Below are positions 13,250-25,174 of a stretch of 64,000 nucleotides of DNA, piece by piece. Below the pieces are notes generated by a model that was not told where the DNA came from, did not search any database, and saw only the letters and a list, made by a program, of their open reading frames with translations. The stretch's first letter is position 1; each line of letters opens with the position of its first letter. The DNA is from Mobula hypostoma (lineage: Eukaryota), in NCBI RefSeq assembly GCF_963921235.1, contig NC_086098.1, forward strand, positions 205,716,001-205,780,000. The letters are read 5' to 3'. Made by a program: the position numbers and the translations under genes.

Positions 13250-14420
13250 AGGCCTTTGACAAGGTTCCACATGGAAGGTTAGTTAGGAAGGTTCAATCGT
13301 TAGGTATTAATATTGAAGTAGTAAAATGGATTCAACAGTGGCTGGCTGGGAGACGCCAGAGAGGTGGATAACTGTTTGTCAGGCTGGAGGCCGGTGACTA
13401 GTGGTGTGCCTCAGGGATCTGTACTGGTTCCAATATTGTTTGTCATATACATCAATGATCTGGATGATGGGGTGGTAAATTGGATTAGTAAGCATGCAGA
13501 TGATACTAAGACAGGTGACGTTGTGGATAATGAAGTAGGTTTTCAAAGTTTGCAGAGAGATTTAGGCCAGTTAGAAGAGTGGGCTGAAAGACGGCAGATG
13601 GAGTTTAATGCTGGTAAGTGTGAGGTGCTACATTTTGGTAGGACTAATCAAAATAGAACATGCATGGTAAATGTTAGGGCACTGAGGAATGCAGTAGAAC
13701 AGAGGGATCTAGGAATAATGGTGCATAGTTCCCTGAAGGAGGAATCTCATGTGGATAGGGTGGTGAAGAAAGCTTTTGGTATTCTGGCCTTTATAAATTA
13801 GAGCATTGAGTATAGGAGTTGGGATGTAATGTTAAAATTGTACAAGGCATTGGTGAGGCCAAATTTGGAGTATTGTGTACAGTTCTGGTCACCGAATTAT
13901 AGGAAAGATGTCAACAAAATAGAGAGAGTACAGAGGAGATTTACTAGAATGTTACCTGGGTTTCAGCACCTAAGTTACAGAGGAAGGTTGAACAAGTTAG
14001 GTCTTTATTCTTTGGAGCATAGAAGGTTGAGGGGGGACTTGATAGAGGTATTTAAAATTATGAGGGGGATAGATGGAGTTGACATGGATAGCCTTTTTCC
14101 ATTGAAAGTGGGGGAGATTCAAACAAGAGGGCATGAGTTAAGAGTTAACGGGCAAAGGTTTAGGGGTAACATGAGGTGGAACTTCTTTACTCAGACAGTG
14201 GTAGCTGTGTGGAATGAGCTTCCAGTAGAAGTGGTAGAGGCAGGTTTGATTTTGTCATTTACAAAAAAAATTGGACAGATATATGGACAGGAAAGGAATG
14301 GAGGGTTATGGGCTGAGTGCAGGTAGATGGGACTAGGTGAGAGTAAGCGTTTGGCATGGACTAGAATGGCTGAGATGGCCTGTTTCCGTGCTGTAGTTGC
14401 TATATGGTTATATGGTTATA
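13250..14420 (+). mobile_element. CR1 LINE, 5'-truncated, RT domain to 3' tail
   Basis: ORFs 13364..13801 (SGVPQGSVL...SKHADDTK) and 13829..14326 (LVRPNLEYCVQFWSP); premature stop at ~13799; tail of atggtt repeats. Confidence 0.95.
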
Positions 14421-14569
14421 TTACAATTAGTTCCTATACTTCCAGGCCTCATTCTGTAGCGTGCTGGCCAATGTTATTTAAGGAAAGGTTAAAAAGGCAA
14501 TTAAAACATTTGCTGGAAGTTAATTTTGATTAAAAATAACATGGAAACATGAAATATCATACCAAATTT

Positions 14570-15460
14570 CAAAATGATAGATAAATAATTTATTGATCTC
14601 AAAGGAAATTACAGTGTCACAGTAGCATTACAAGTACACAGATATAAATACTTTTAGAGAAGTAGAAAGAAATAAAAAATAAGTTACAACAAACAGTCTA
14701 ACAGGAAGGGGTCATCACTTTCCTGGCTATAGGTTGACTCATTATAGAGCCTAATGGCCAAGGGTAAGAATGACCTCATGTGGCACTCATTGGAGCAGCA
14801 TAGTTGACTTAGTCTATTACGAAAAGTGCTCCTCTGTTCAGCCAAGGTGACATGCAGAGGGTGAGAAACATTGTCCAGAATTGCCAGGATTTTCTGTAGG
14901 TTACTTTCTTCTACCACAACCTCCAGTGTGTCCAGTCTGACGCCTTAAACGGAGCCAGCTTCTAATCAGTTTATTAAGCCTGTTGACATCACCCATGTTG
15001 ATGCCATTGCCCCAACATACCACCAGATAGAAGACTGTACTGGCAACAACAGACTGGTAGAACACATGAAGGAGAGGTCTGCATACTCCAAAGGACCTCG
15101 GTCTCCTCAGGAATTAGAGGTGACTCTGGCCCTTCTCGTACACAGCCTCTGTGTTGGTGTTCCACTCAAGTCTCTCATCCAGGTGCACCCCCAGGTACTT
15201 GTAGGTCCTCACCAGGTACATGTATGTCCTCACCACATTCATATCCCCTTCATCAGTAGTAACAGGGAGCAGTGCAGGCTTCGTCTTTCTAAAGTCATTC
15301 GCCATCTTTGTCTTACTAATGTTGAGCTGCAGATGATTCAGCTTGTACTATTTGACAAAATCCTCCACCAGGGGCTTGTTTTCATCCTCTCATCCTCCCT
15401 TTATACATCCAACTATTGCTGAGCCATCAGAGAATTTCTGCAGATGACATGACTTAGCAA
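14570..15460 (-). mobile_element. Rex1-type LINE 3' fragment
   Basis: ORFs 14684..14917 (DNVSHPLH...RSFLPLAIRLYNES) and 15114..15305 (YKYLGVHLDERLEW). Confidence 0.85.
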
Positions 15461-16881
15461 TTTGTATAGCACCATATGTTTGTAAAAAAAAGAGCAGATT
15501 TTGAAGACCTGAAATTGATGACACACGATAATAATGTATTTACTTTCCATCTTAAATAACTTCAGCAGTTACTATTATTTAACAGTAATTTCTGGCAATA
15601 ACACACCGATACACATTGCTGATTCAGTAGGAAGCAATACAACCTCTGGTTATTTTTGGCTGATAGAAACAATAGTCAAATATCAGACATTGCTGAGAAG
15701 TCATTTTTCTTCTACCAGTTCAACAACCTTCTGTCATCTGATTAATTTGTTACTTGCACTTTTTCTTGGCCCGATTTATACTTGGGATGCTACAAAAAAA
15801 AACTGTTTTAACAATACAGTGTATGGACCAAGGCTCTGTGGTTACCAAACATAAAATCTCTTGAGTGTGCATGTAAGGAACAAGGAGATTAACATAGTCT
15901 TGAGTCATTTTGTCAGTCGGACTTGGACAGTTCATCTACAGACAGAAGATATGGCCATCTCTGCTTCAGGCAGCATTAATTATTGCTGTTTTGCCAATAC
16001 TGCAGTATTACTGTGTAGGCACCATTGAGATCCCTCTCTGAAATAACAGTGTCTGCCGCAGCAGTGCTGCTTCATTCAAATCACTATACACGGGGTTGTA
16101 AACAATGTTGCCATTATTAGACCACACCAATAAAATGTACAGGGAATTTGGGACAAGCTTTCTAGTAAAAAGCTCACGCACCACTCAATATCTAGCTATG
16201 ATCCACTGACATCCCAAAGCTCGTATTTTATAAAATATAAGCTTCTGGAGAAAGATACAATACAATAAAATGGCACCCAGCATTCAAAGTTATCTCCCCC
16301 AAAGCTTTATTTTATATATACTGTATATAATATTGAACCAAGAGCATTTCAAAATAACATCACATTGTGTCCCATTATAATAAAGGTACAATTTCAATGG
16401 CAACCAGTATAGCTATAACTAAGGTCATTAAAGCACTATAACCTTCCCATTTATATGCAAAGGTTATAAGATTTGATCCATTTACCGAATTATATATACA
16501 CTGCCAAGGAAAATTCTGCAACACAGGACAAGCTCTTTCTCAGTTGTGGAATTCTATTTGCAATCTGGATTTTCAGCTTCAAGTAGAAGATCATCTTTTA
16601 AAAAAGTATAATAACAAACCATAATAAAGGGGAGATTTTAGTATACCACAACACTTTCCAGAGAAGAAGTTAGGATTTTGAAAATCCTCTTGCTACCCAT
16701 GAATAATTGGCAAGACTGCCTTGCCCCAAAATATATCTTATTGCATCACTGATTTATGAAGTGAAGTCATCTAAGAAAAAACAAGACAAAAAATGTCAAG
16801 TGCTTCCTAATCTCAGGTTGGCTGGCTGTCTGTTACATTCATTTTGAAAAATAATTCTATATAGCAGTCAAATTAACTTAC

Positions 16882-16951
16882 AGTGCTTTTGCTGAACTAA
16901 AGAGCGGAAAGCTTCTTTAACCTTGTGACTAAATGTTGTGATAAGATCCAT
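16882..16951 (-). other. Candidate 70-nt internal exon, unassigned (frame 0: MDLITTFSHKVKEAFRSLVQQKH)
   Basis: Minus strand ctgtgcttccacag|ATGGAT...AAGCACT|gtaagt; only one frame open; lies in repeat-free sequence; protein not recognised. Confidence 0.3.
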
Positions 16952-18014
16952 CTGTGGAAGCACAGTGTGTAATTTTACTTAAATGGATTTCTATTCATTG
17001 GTCCTCGCACAAGGGATTCAGCCTTTACTCCCGAACCCCCACCCCTACAAACACACACATGAATGCAGCATGAATAACGCAAGCAAATGTACACATTTAC
17101 AGTAGATATTAAAGTGTCCATTCTGATATCACTAAAGGAAGTAATAATTTGAACCATAGATCTGACTTACAGAAAAGCAAGGAAGTGGTTAAAAGATGGT
17201 AATATAATTGAAGGAGTCTGGGGTAAACCGAATTAGTCAGAAGCCAAACGATTGAAATTCTACATATGCAGGTATTTGACTTTGGATCATTCTTTATTGG
17301 GCTTATATATGTGCTATCTAAAAAGAATACTTATAAAATGCTGGCAATGATGCTTGCTAACCTCAGTGAATAATGTTTCAAAACTATGAACAAATGCTTG
17401 AAAATATATAACATGACTGCTGAATATGACTATAAACCTGCCAAGAGATTGAGAGGACGCTTAAAAACAGTGAACTCACTTAGGTCAGGCCTCAACCCAC
17501 TAAAGGTTTTTATAGAAAATGGTTACACCCAGTCTTAAGCTCTTAGTCTCTTTTACAAGTGATTCTGAATGTGAATATGTTTTACTGGCCATATTAAAAC
17601 TATCAATAAGTGATTACATATGCAAGGATAACTTAGTGAAATACATGGCACAGCATACTGAATATGTTTGGTTGATAAGAACCAAAATATTTAAATGAAA
17701 ATAATGAGTGAATAAAATGAATCTGCAGGATACAATATTGATTGAAAGTAATTCTTTATCATATTGCTATAAATTTCCAAATCAATTTTTAATCAGGCAT
17801 GTATTATGGGTTTGACTCAGGTTTTGTTCCAAAAAACTTTCATCCCCATCTCCCCCCTCCAACTGAAGACAGTTAATGCTTCATTTTCCTGGTACAGATG
17901 AAAACATTAGATCTAGAGGATAAAATATTAGAAAAAATCCACCTCTCTTATGAAAGTGTAAATACTTCAAAATTTGGACAATGTCAGCATTATATTTTGC
18001 AGTATGTATGTTAA

Positions 18015-18110
18015 GACCATAAAACATAGGAGTAGAATAAGGCCATTTGGCCCATGAAGTTTGTTCTGCCATTGATCGCGGGTGATTTATTTTCTCTCTC
18101 AACCCCAATG
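18015..18110 (-). mobile_element. CR1 3' terminal stub
   Basis: agaccataaaacataggagtagaataaggccatttggccc is the reverse complement of a CR1 3' end. Confidence 0.7.
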
Positions 18111-18529
18111 AATATACTCTTCCTTCTGCATACCCACTTCAGACCAATTTATTTGTAGTTCATAACTCCTGCCTTAATGAGATAGCACAGACAGATTCTC
18201 CAAGGGAATATGTAGGGCTTCATATCATATCCACAGTTTTAATGGCACAAGTGAGCATATTTTATTGTGGTATCAAAGCCTTTTCCTGAACATCAGGAGA
18301 AAAAAGGAAAACTGAACTTCTTGGCAGTTTTAAATGTCATCAATATCTGGTGCTTATATGTGGAAAACAGACACTACCATACACACTTCTTCCCAGTCCT
18401 TAAAGCAAAACTGAAGCACAGAGGCTTGCTAAAGAAAAAAAGTCATGGTTTTAATTACTCACAGGTACATCTTTATTGTGCTTTGCATTCATAGATGGGA
18501 AATAGAACAGAAGTGTTTAATTTATTCAT

Positions 18530-21120
18530 AGTAATAGTAGTGCGATCTCTTGAGTGAGTATGGTGGGGGGTCCTCAGGTGGTTGTAGAGGCCAACCTGGG
18601 AACCACATATTCTGGTGCAGTGTGGACACGAGTAAGTGGCGGCTGCGGTTAGTGTCTAGATCTTTTGGTTGTGGAATCTCTCCTTTTGCAGCTGCCATTT
18701 GTTCTCTGTGGCACAGCGGAGGTCACTCTCATTAGCACAGCTCCCTTTTGAACAGATTTCCTCCAGGTATCTCTATTAAGAGCAATGTCTTCCCAGTTTT
18801 TAGAGGTAATGTTGAATTTCCTCATGCTGATTTTGATGTTATCTTTGAAGCGTTTCCTTTACCCACCAGGGGTTCACTGACCTTCCTTCAACTGGGAGTA
18901 AGTGATCTGTTTGTGGAGAGGTGAGTTGGGTATCCAAATGACATGAGATGGTGTTGCTTTATTGTGGTGGAAGTGCTGTTCAGGTTGGCCTCCTCTTGGT
19001 GTTTCTGCTTCCAGCTAATCCTCAAAACCTTTTGTAAGGTTCACTGGTGGTTTTGTTCCAGGGTTCCAGGTGTCTACAGTAGGTCCGTGTTTCAGTTCCA
19101 TACAGTAATGAGGGAAGAAATTCTGCACTACAGACCAAAAGTTTTGTTTGGACCTGCAGGTTGTGGTCTTCAAAGACTTTTTTCTTAATCTTGCATAGGC
19201 TCCTCTAGCACTACTCAGGCACTGGATTATTTCTGAGTCGATGTCTACCCTTGAGGTGAGAATGTTGTGAAGGTAGGGAAAGTAGTCTACATTTTCAAGG
19301 GCTATATCATCAACTTTTATAGAGGGCTGGATAAATGGCTGGTTGGATAGTGGGTAATGTAGAACCTGTATCTTTTTTCTATTCAAGAAAATACCCAGGG
19401 CTCTATATATGTTGGCAAATGCATTCAGAATACATTGGAGGTCTTCTTCAGAGTGTGCTGTGATGACATTGTCATCCACATGCTGAAGCTGCACAATAAT
19501 GGCAGTGCTCACCTCGTTCTTGGCCTTGAAATGGTTGAGGTTAACACAACATACTCTGCAGATGCTGGGGTCAAAGCAACACTCACAACATGCTGGAGGA
19601 ACTCAGCAAGTCGGGCAGCATCCGTGGAAACGATGTCGACATTTCCTTCTTCACCTTTCCTGCCTATCACCTCCCTGTTTCCCCTCCCCCATCTCTTTAT
19701 AGGGTCTCTGCCCCTTCCCTCTACAGTCCTGACGAAGGGTTCCGGCCTGAAATGTTGACGCATTGTTTCCACAGATGCTGCCCGACCTGCTGAGTTCCTC
19801 CAGCGTGTTGTGGGTGTTGGTTGAGGTTGAAAAGTCTGTTGTTCATTCTATACATGATTGGGATTCCCTGTGGCAGGTCTTGGCCAATGAAGTGAAGGGT
19901 GTCAGCAACAAAGATTGTAAATACAGTGGGTGCAATGATACAGCCCTGCTTGATTCCTGTCTTGACAGAGAAGGGCTCTGATCCATCACCACTGTTGCTG
20001 AGTACTGTGGTTGATGTGCCATCATGCAGTATCCTCAGGGTTCGCAAGCACTATACTCCTCAGGACAGCCATGTACTGATAGTGTACTCCAGAGAATCTG
20101 GCACTCCACTGTATCAAAGATCTTTGTCAAGTCTATGAAAGCCAAGTGCAAGGGTTCCCTTTGTTGACAGCATTTTTCCTATAATTGGCGTGCTGTGGAA
20201 ATTATATCTGCAATACCTCTAGATGGGCAGAAACTGCTCTGTGATTCAGGGAGTATTTCAATTCGTGGAAGGAGTCAGTTGACAAACACTTTGCCTGTTG
20301 TTGACAGGAGGGAGATTCTCCGTAATTGCCACAATCTGACTTGTCTCTCTTCCTGAATATGGTTACTATTAGAGCATCCCTGAGCTCTGAGGGCATTTGT
20401 TCATTTTTCCAGATCCTCAGCAGCAAGGTACGTAAGTGGTGTAGAGTGCTGGTCCACCTTCCGTAAAGATCTCTGTTGGGATCCCGTCAGGACCAGTGAC
20501 GTTCCTGCTTTTCAGGCTCCTGATGGCATCATGGACCTCTTGCATACCGGGAAGCTCCCCCATGCCTGCTCTCACAGGGCTCCAGAAATTTGGTTAGTAA
20601 CCTCTGGTTCAGCAGTGGTGTCACGGTTAAGAAGTTCTTAAAAGTACTCTTTCCATTGATCATTGATATCCAGGGTTTTCTCAGTCCATCAAGAATTCTT
20701 TAGCTCCCTCACCCTGCACTGGATATCTGCCTTGCCTCTGGAGTAAGCTTCTCTTTTGACCTTGATGCCAGTGTCATTCTGCCAGGTTCAAAAGCTTTTC
20801 TTTTCCTGGACGTAAGTTGTCTGATCTCCATATCATTATCATGAAACCAATCCTCATGTTTTCTGTACTTCTACCTAAGGATGTTTTTGCAGGTATCATG
20901 GATGGTGGATTTAAGCAGACCAGAGTGTTCTTCAATATCCTTCTGATATTTCCATTGGAGGTTTTCCTCAAACAAGGTCTAAGGTGCAGTTGGGTGATAG
21001 TGTCAAGCAGGCTCTCAAGTTTTAGTTTTGGCCTGGTCCGCTTCTTAAGAAACCTCCTGTTTTTCATGAGTCTGATGGACATGGTGCAGCGGATCAAGCG
21101 ATGATCTGTCCGGCTGGACA
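18530..21120 (-). mobile_element. Decayed RTE-clade LINE, interrupted by a Penelope-derived insertion
   Basis: ORFs 20202..20426 (ELRDALIVTIFRKRDKSDCGNY), 19721..20047 (VKTGIKQGCIIAPTVF), 19015..19512 (LQHVDD...SEEDLQ); (CTA)n-like tail at ~18530-18542. Confidence 0.9.
19543..19817 (+). mobile_element. Penelope-derived fold-back mini-element (275 bp) with hammerhead core and 11-bp TSD
   Basis: TSD tggttgaggtt at 19532-19542 and 19818-19828; inverted arms ~19578-19632 and ~19765-19817; core gtc-ctgacga-agggttccggcct-gaaa-tgtt-gac at 19726-19759. Confidence 0.9.
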
Positions 21121-22539
21121 GAATTTACTCATTATTTCTTCAAATGATATTTAGTCTCTTCATGAATAATAATGATCAGTGAAAAACATTAGACAAGCAG
21201 TTCAGCACAATTTTCTAGGTATTTGAGCCATTCCCCAAGTTTAAATTTTAAACAATTAAAATAATGGCAAGTGCTTTGTGATCTTATGCTCGTGTGCTCA
21301 TTGTGTATGCAATTTTACATGCTTAAACTAAAACACATTTTTCTTTATATTAATACCTTAATTCTTAATGTTTCAAAAACTGAATAACAGCAAAACACCA
21401 AGGACGTAATTGATGTTCTGCTTTCTACCAATAGGCATTGGCTTGTTTATTATAAAGCTTCAGACACGACTACAATTAGGGCTCAAGGGAGTGTTTCTAC
21501 TGCAAGACCACAATCAGAGCACAGAGATCGGAGTATGCAGTAACGTGCTTCAGGCTAATTTAAACAGATCAAGCCCATTACATTAGTTAGAGACATGGGT
21601 TGGATTTTCCCCCCCCACTGAGGGACCACTGGGATTAGGATTCACCATGTCAAGGATTGCAAGCAGGAGCCCAGTTCCTACCCTTGTGTCATGTATGATA
21701 TTTAGGCTCCAAGACATTGAATTGTTCCTCAGCTGCATCTTCCGATAATTAATATAGGCAGTATAGTCAGGCTACATTTACTAAAGCAGCAGAATTATTT
21801 TGTCTTCATGTGCTTCTGTCGCCATTTTTCACTCTTCTATGCCGTTGTATAAAAATATATGGAATGCTCTCTCATTTGATTTAACATGGTTTTACATAAA
21901 TATGGTTAACAAATTTCAGAGATTTTTTGAACAATTCAATCTATACTTCATTTAACGTGGTTAGTTTTTATTTTCTCAATCATTTTAATTAAATATTTTG
22001 CAATGTAAAAGAGTGATTGAATTTTCAATAGTCCACGTTCTTCAAATACTCAAAAGTGTTTTGTCCACATTTCTCAGATGCACAAATTGGTCATTATTGA
22101 AAGGCCAAAATAGCACAAAAAGCATTGTATGATTAATTTAAATATTAAACACAACCCAAAAATATACACATTTAATATTCCTATATTTATCAAAACTCTC
22201 AATTTTTATGAATGAGAATGATTTTTATTCGAACTTCTATCCATCTGCATTTTAACACTGCAATGCACAATGACAGAAGTACCATATGGTTTCATTAATG
22301 TGTAAGAAAAATAATAAAATGCTTTAACCGTTCCAAAACAAAAACCAGATCATGGTGATGTGGAAATAAAAACTAATATTTTATGCAAAACTGCACATAG
22401 TTCAAACTGAGAGCTGCATCACAATGCCTCCTCTAAACATTGTGGGTCATCAGAGTAAATGCATCGGCAAAAACAGTAAGTCATATTTCCTTATGACATA
22501 GAATGCTATTCAGACCACTGAGTCTGTACGCACGCTAAG

Positions 22540-22815
22540 AGCAATCCACTTCACTTATCATTTGCCTGCAAGTCATTCTCATTGATTTCATCTGTCTATT
22601 CAGGAATATCCTATAGTAGCCAATTAAACTGTCATCTGCACATCCATGTGAGGAAGCCACAGCCCATGGGAGAATCACACATAGTAACCAGGAGAATGTG
22701 CAAAATTCACATTGACTACATTGGAGATCATATTGAAACCTGGATTGGTGGGGCCAAATTAACCTCTGTGTCACTGTTCTGGAATTAACAGTGCAGAGCC
22801 AATGTTAACCCTACC
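22540..22815 (-). mobile_element. Decayed HE1/V-SINE-like element
   Basis: gtgaggaagccacagccc...ggagaatgtgcaaaattcaca...attgaaacctgg resembles the reverse-strand V-domain and B box. Confidence 0.5.
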
Positions 22816-23499
22816 CATATAACTGCATCACACCATCATCATAAATCAACAATAAATCACTGCAATTCAAAGAATAGAAGAAACAGGAAAATATATAAAA
22901 GATGCATATAAATGGCCAGCAACAATTAATAATAAAGATCTAACCATATATTTACTATAAGGATCAAAATTGGAACATAAGAAATGGAAACACCAATAGT
23001 CAATTTGATCCTCACAACTGTGCTACCATTCGGTGATATCATCTGATCGTTTTCATCTGTACCACTGTTTTTTGTCTAACTTCATGTCCTTTGATACCTT
23101 AATAGCTGAAAATCTATCCATCTCTTCAGCTGGATTTGGCTATCTGCCCATCTTTGCCATTCTTGAACTGGGTGTGGAGTACTGGACAAAATGCCAATCA
23201 GCTTTGTTGTTGAGGAGAAGCTAAGAGGTAAAGTATCTACAGTCAATGTATTTCACCAAGATCACGACCTGATCCATAGTCCCCACCATGGAGTAACGGA
23301 CTTGTACTCTTGTTCTTTCTTCCAAAGGTCACAGAGGAAGCTATGCAATTAATAAATTTAAGGATATAGATGGTTCAGTAGCACCCTCAAAGCTCAATAT
23401 ATTAAGCACTTAAAAATTCCCCAATGCGGAACTAGGTGATTTGAAAGCCATAAAGACATTGGCTCCTCATATCTCAGGTAAGAGTAAATGGCCAATCTG

Positions 23500-24750
23500 G
23501 GCTACCCATTGAATCAGGATGAGCAAACAAAGGTTACATTTTCCTTTGTGGCAAAGAAATCCCCTGGAAGTGATGGTTCACTAGCCAAGAGGCACAGTAG
23601 TCTGTGGATCTATACTGGCCTCCTGGCTAGGTCAAGCCAGTAGCGTCAGAAGAATGACCATCATCACTCTCAATGGCATGCAGAAGAGAGAAGAAATGTA
23701 GGCCTGTAATTTGTCTCCAATCCCACTGCTTAACAAGGATTACAATATTCTGGAAAATCAAATCAAATCTACAATGAAGCAGATGAAAGGCCCAAATCAG
23801 ACCTACACTATATTTAGTATGCAATTGACATATCAACTGCCTAACACTACCCAGTGACACAATTCTATGTGTGAGACAGAGGATGAAAACTTGCTTGGAC
23901 CGTGACAATATTTTTGACAGAATATCACACATGTAATGATGGATACATTCTACAAAATGAGAGTAGGAAAGAAATCCACAATTATATACTACTGCTCCAC
24001 AATGACATCAGTAGTGCAATCCAAGCAAATGGATAGGAAACAAAAACCTTCCTAATCAAATCTGGACAGAATGCTGCCTCTCTTCTGTCTTGCTTGTGTG
24101 TATTTTACTGTGTCCACCACAAAGAATGTAGATGTAAAATGGCTGAAAAAACACTCAGCTCAAATTCTCCCAGTCCACTAGCAAGACTGCCTTCTTCCTC
24201 CTACTCTGCAGAGTAATGAGTATCTGGACCCAGGGCCAGGTGGATCCAGACAGCAAAAGTGGAGACATATTTGTTATCAATTGGTCCAATCAATCCACTA
24301 TATCTCTGGTATCAGTTCTGATTACCCCAAGGCACTGTGGATGGAGTATGTACCAAAATTAAGTGGATGATACAGTTTAGCTAAGATGAAGTGGATGACA
24401 GAATTCGTAGCCCACTTCAATTCTGATGACAGGAGCCTGACCATCAAGTGCAAGGTGCTCTTGGTATTATTTACATGATGTAGGCATAGCCTGTGCACTG
24501 CAGCCGAATTAGATGCCGTCCATTTTATCTACAGATTAAAAATGAATCATTTCTGCAGAGATACAAGTGATGCAGTTATCACAGAGGCTCAAAGGGGATA
24601 CAGCCAAGGTGCTCCTGACCATCATCTGAGTGGCTAGATCACGTGTTCAAAACAACTATGTTTTCTCAATGATGTAAAGAAAAATCCATGACATAAAAAT
24701 CCACAAGTAATTTGGATGGTATCACTTGTACGGATAATGGCAACATACAA
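23500..24750 (+). mobile_element. Old Tx1/L1-clade LINE RT remnant
   Basis: KKSPGSDG at ~23553; PIPLLNKDYNIL from 23717 (compare RPISLLNxDYKIL); ttggacc...tttgacagaatatcacac at ~23895-23930 (compare LDxEKAFDRVSH); many indels. Confidence 0.65.
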
Positions 24751-24960
24751 ATACATACTTGCTATTGTTACCAATAAGGTACATTTTAGAAAATTCTAAA
24801 GCACATCTCACTGCAGATCTACATTGAGCTCAGCAAGTGTGCCGAGTGGCAGTTTCATCTGTCAGTGAGCATATCTTGGGCATATGTTCCCACCGCTCTG
24901 GAACTCACTCAACTGACAGCATTGAATGCTGGCAGTTCCCAAGAGAACCACTGGCCACAA

Positions 24961-25161
24961 CAGCAAATCACCACACATTAATTTCTTTTGGCATGTTCAG
25001 TTTTTCAATAGCCGAAGCACTAACAACAGGCCAGAAAATGTACGTATTCAGGCTAATTATTTTTGTGTGAAATAATATACACAAATTTTCTGGTTGTTGT
25101 TAGTGCTTCAGCTATTGAAAAACTGAACATGCCAAAAGAAATTAATGTGTGCTATTTGCTG
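24961..25161. repeat. Long near-perfect inverted repeat (arms 24961-25039 and 25085-25161)
   Basis: 41 bp perfect, 1 mismatch, then 15 bp perfect; the loop holds a further attattt/aaataat stem. Confidence 0.95.
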
Positions 25162-25174
25162 GAAATACTCGTAA

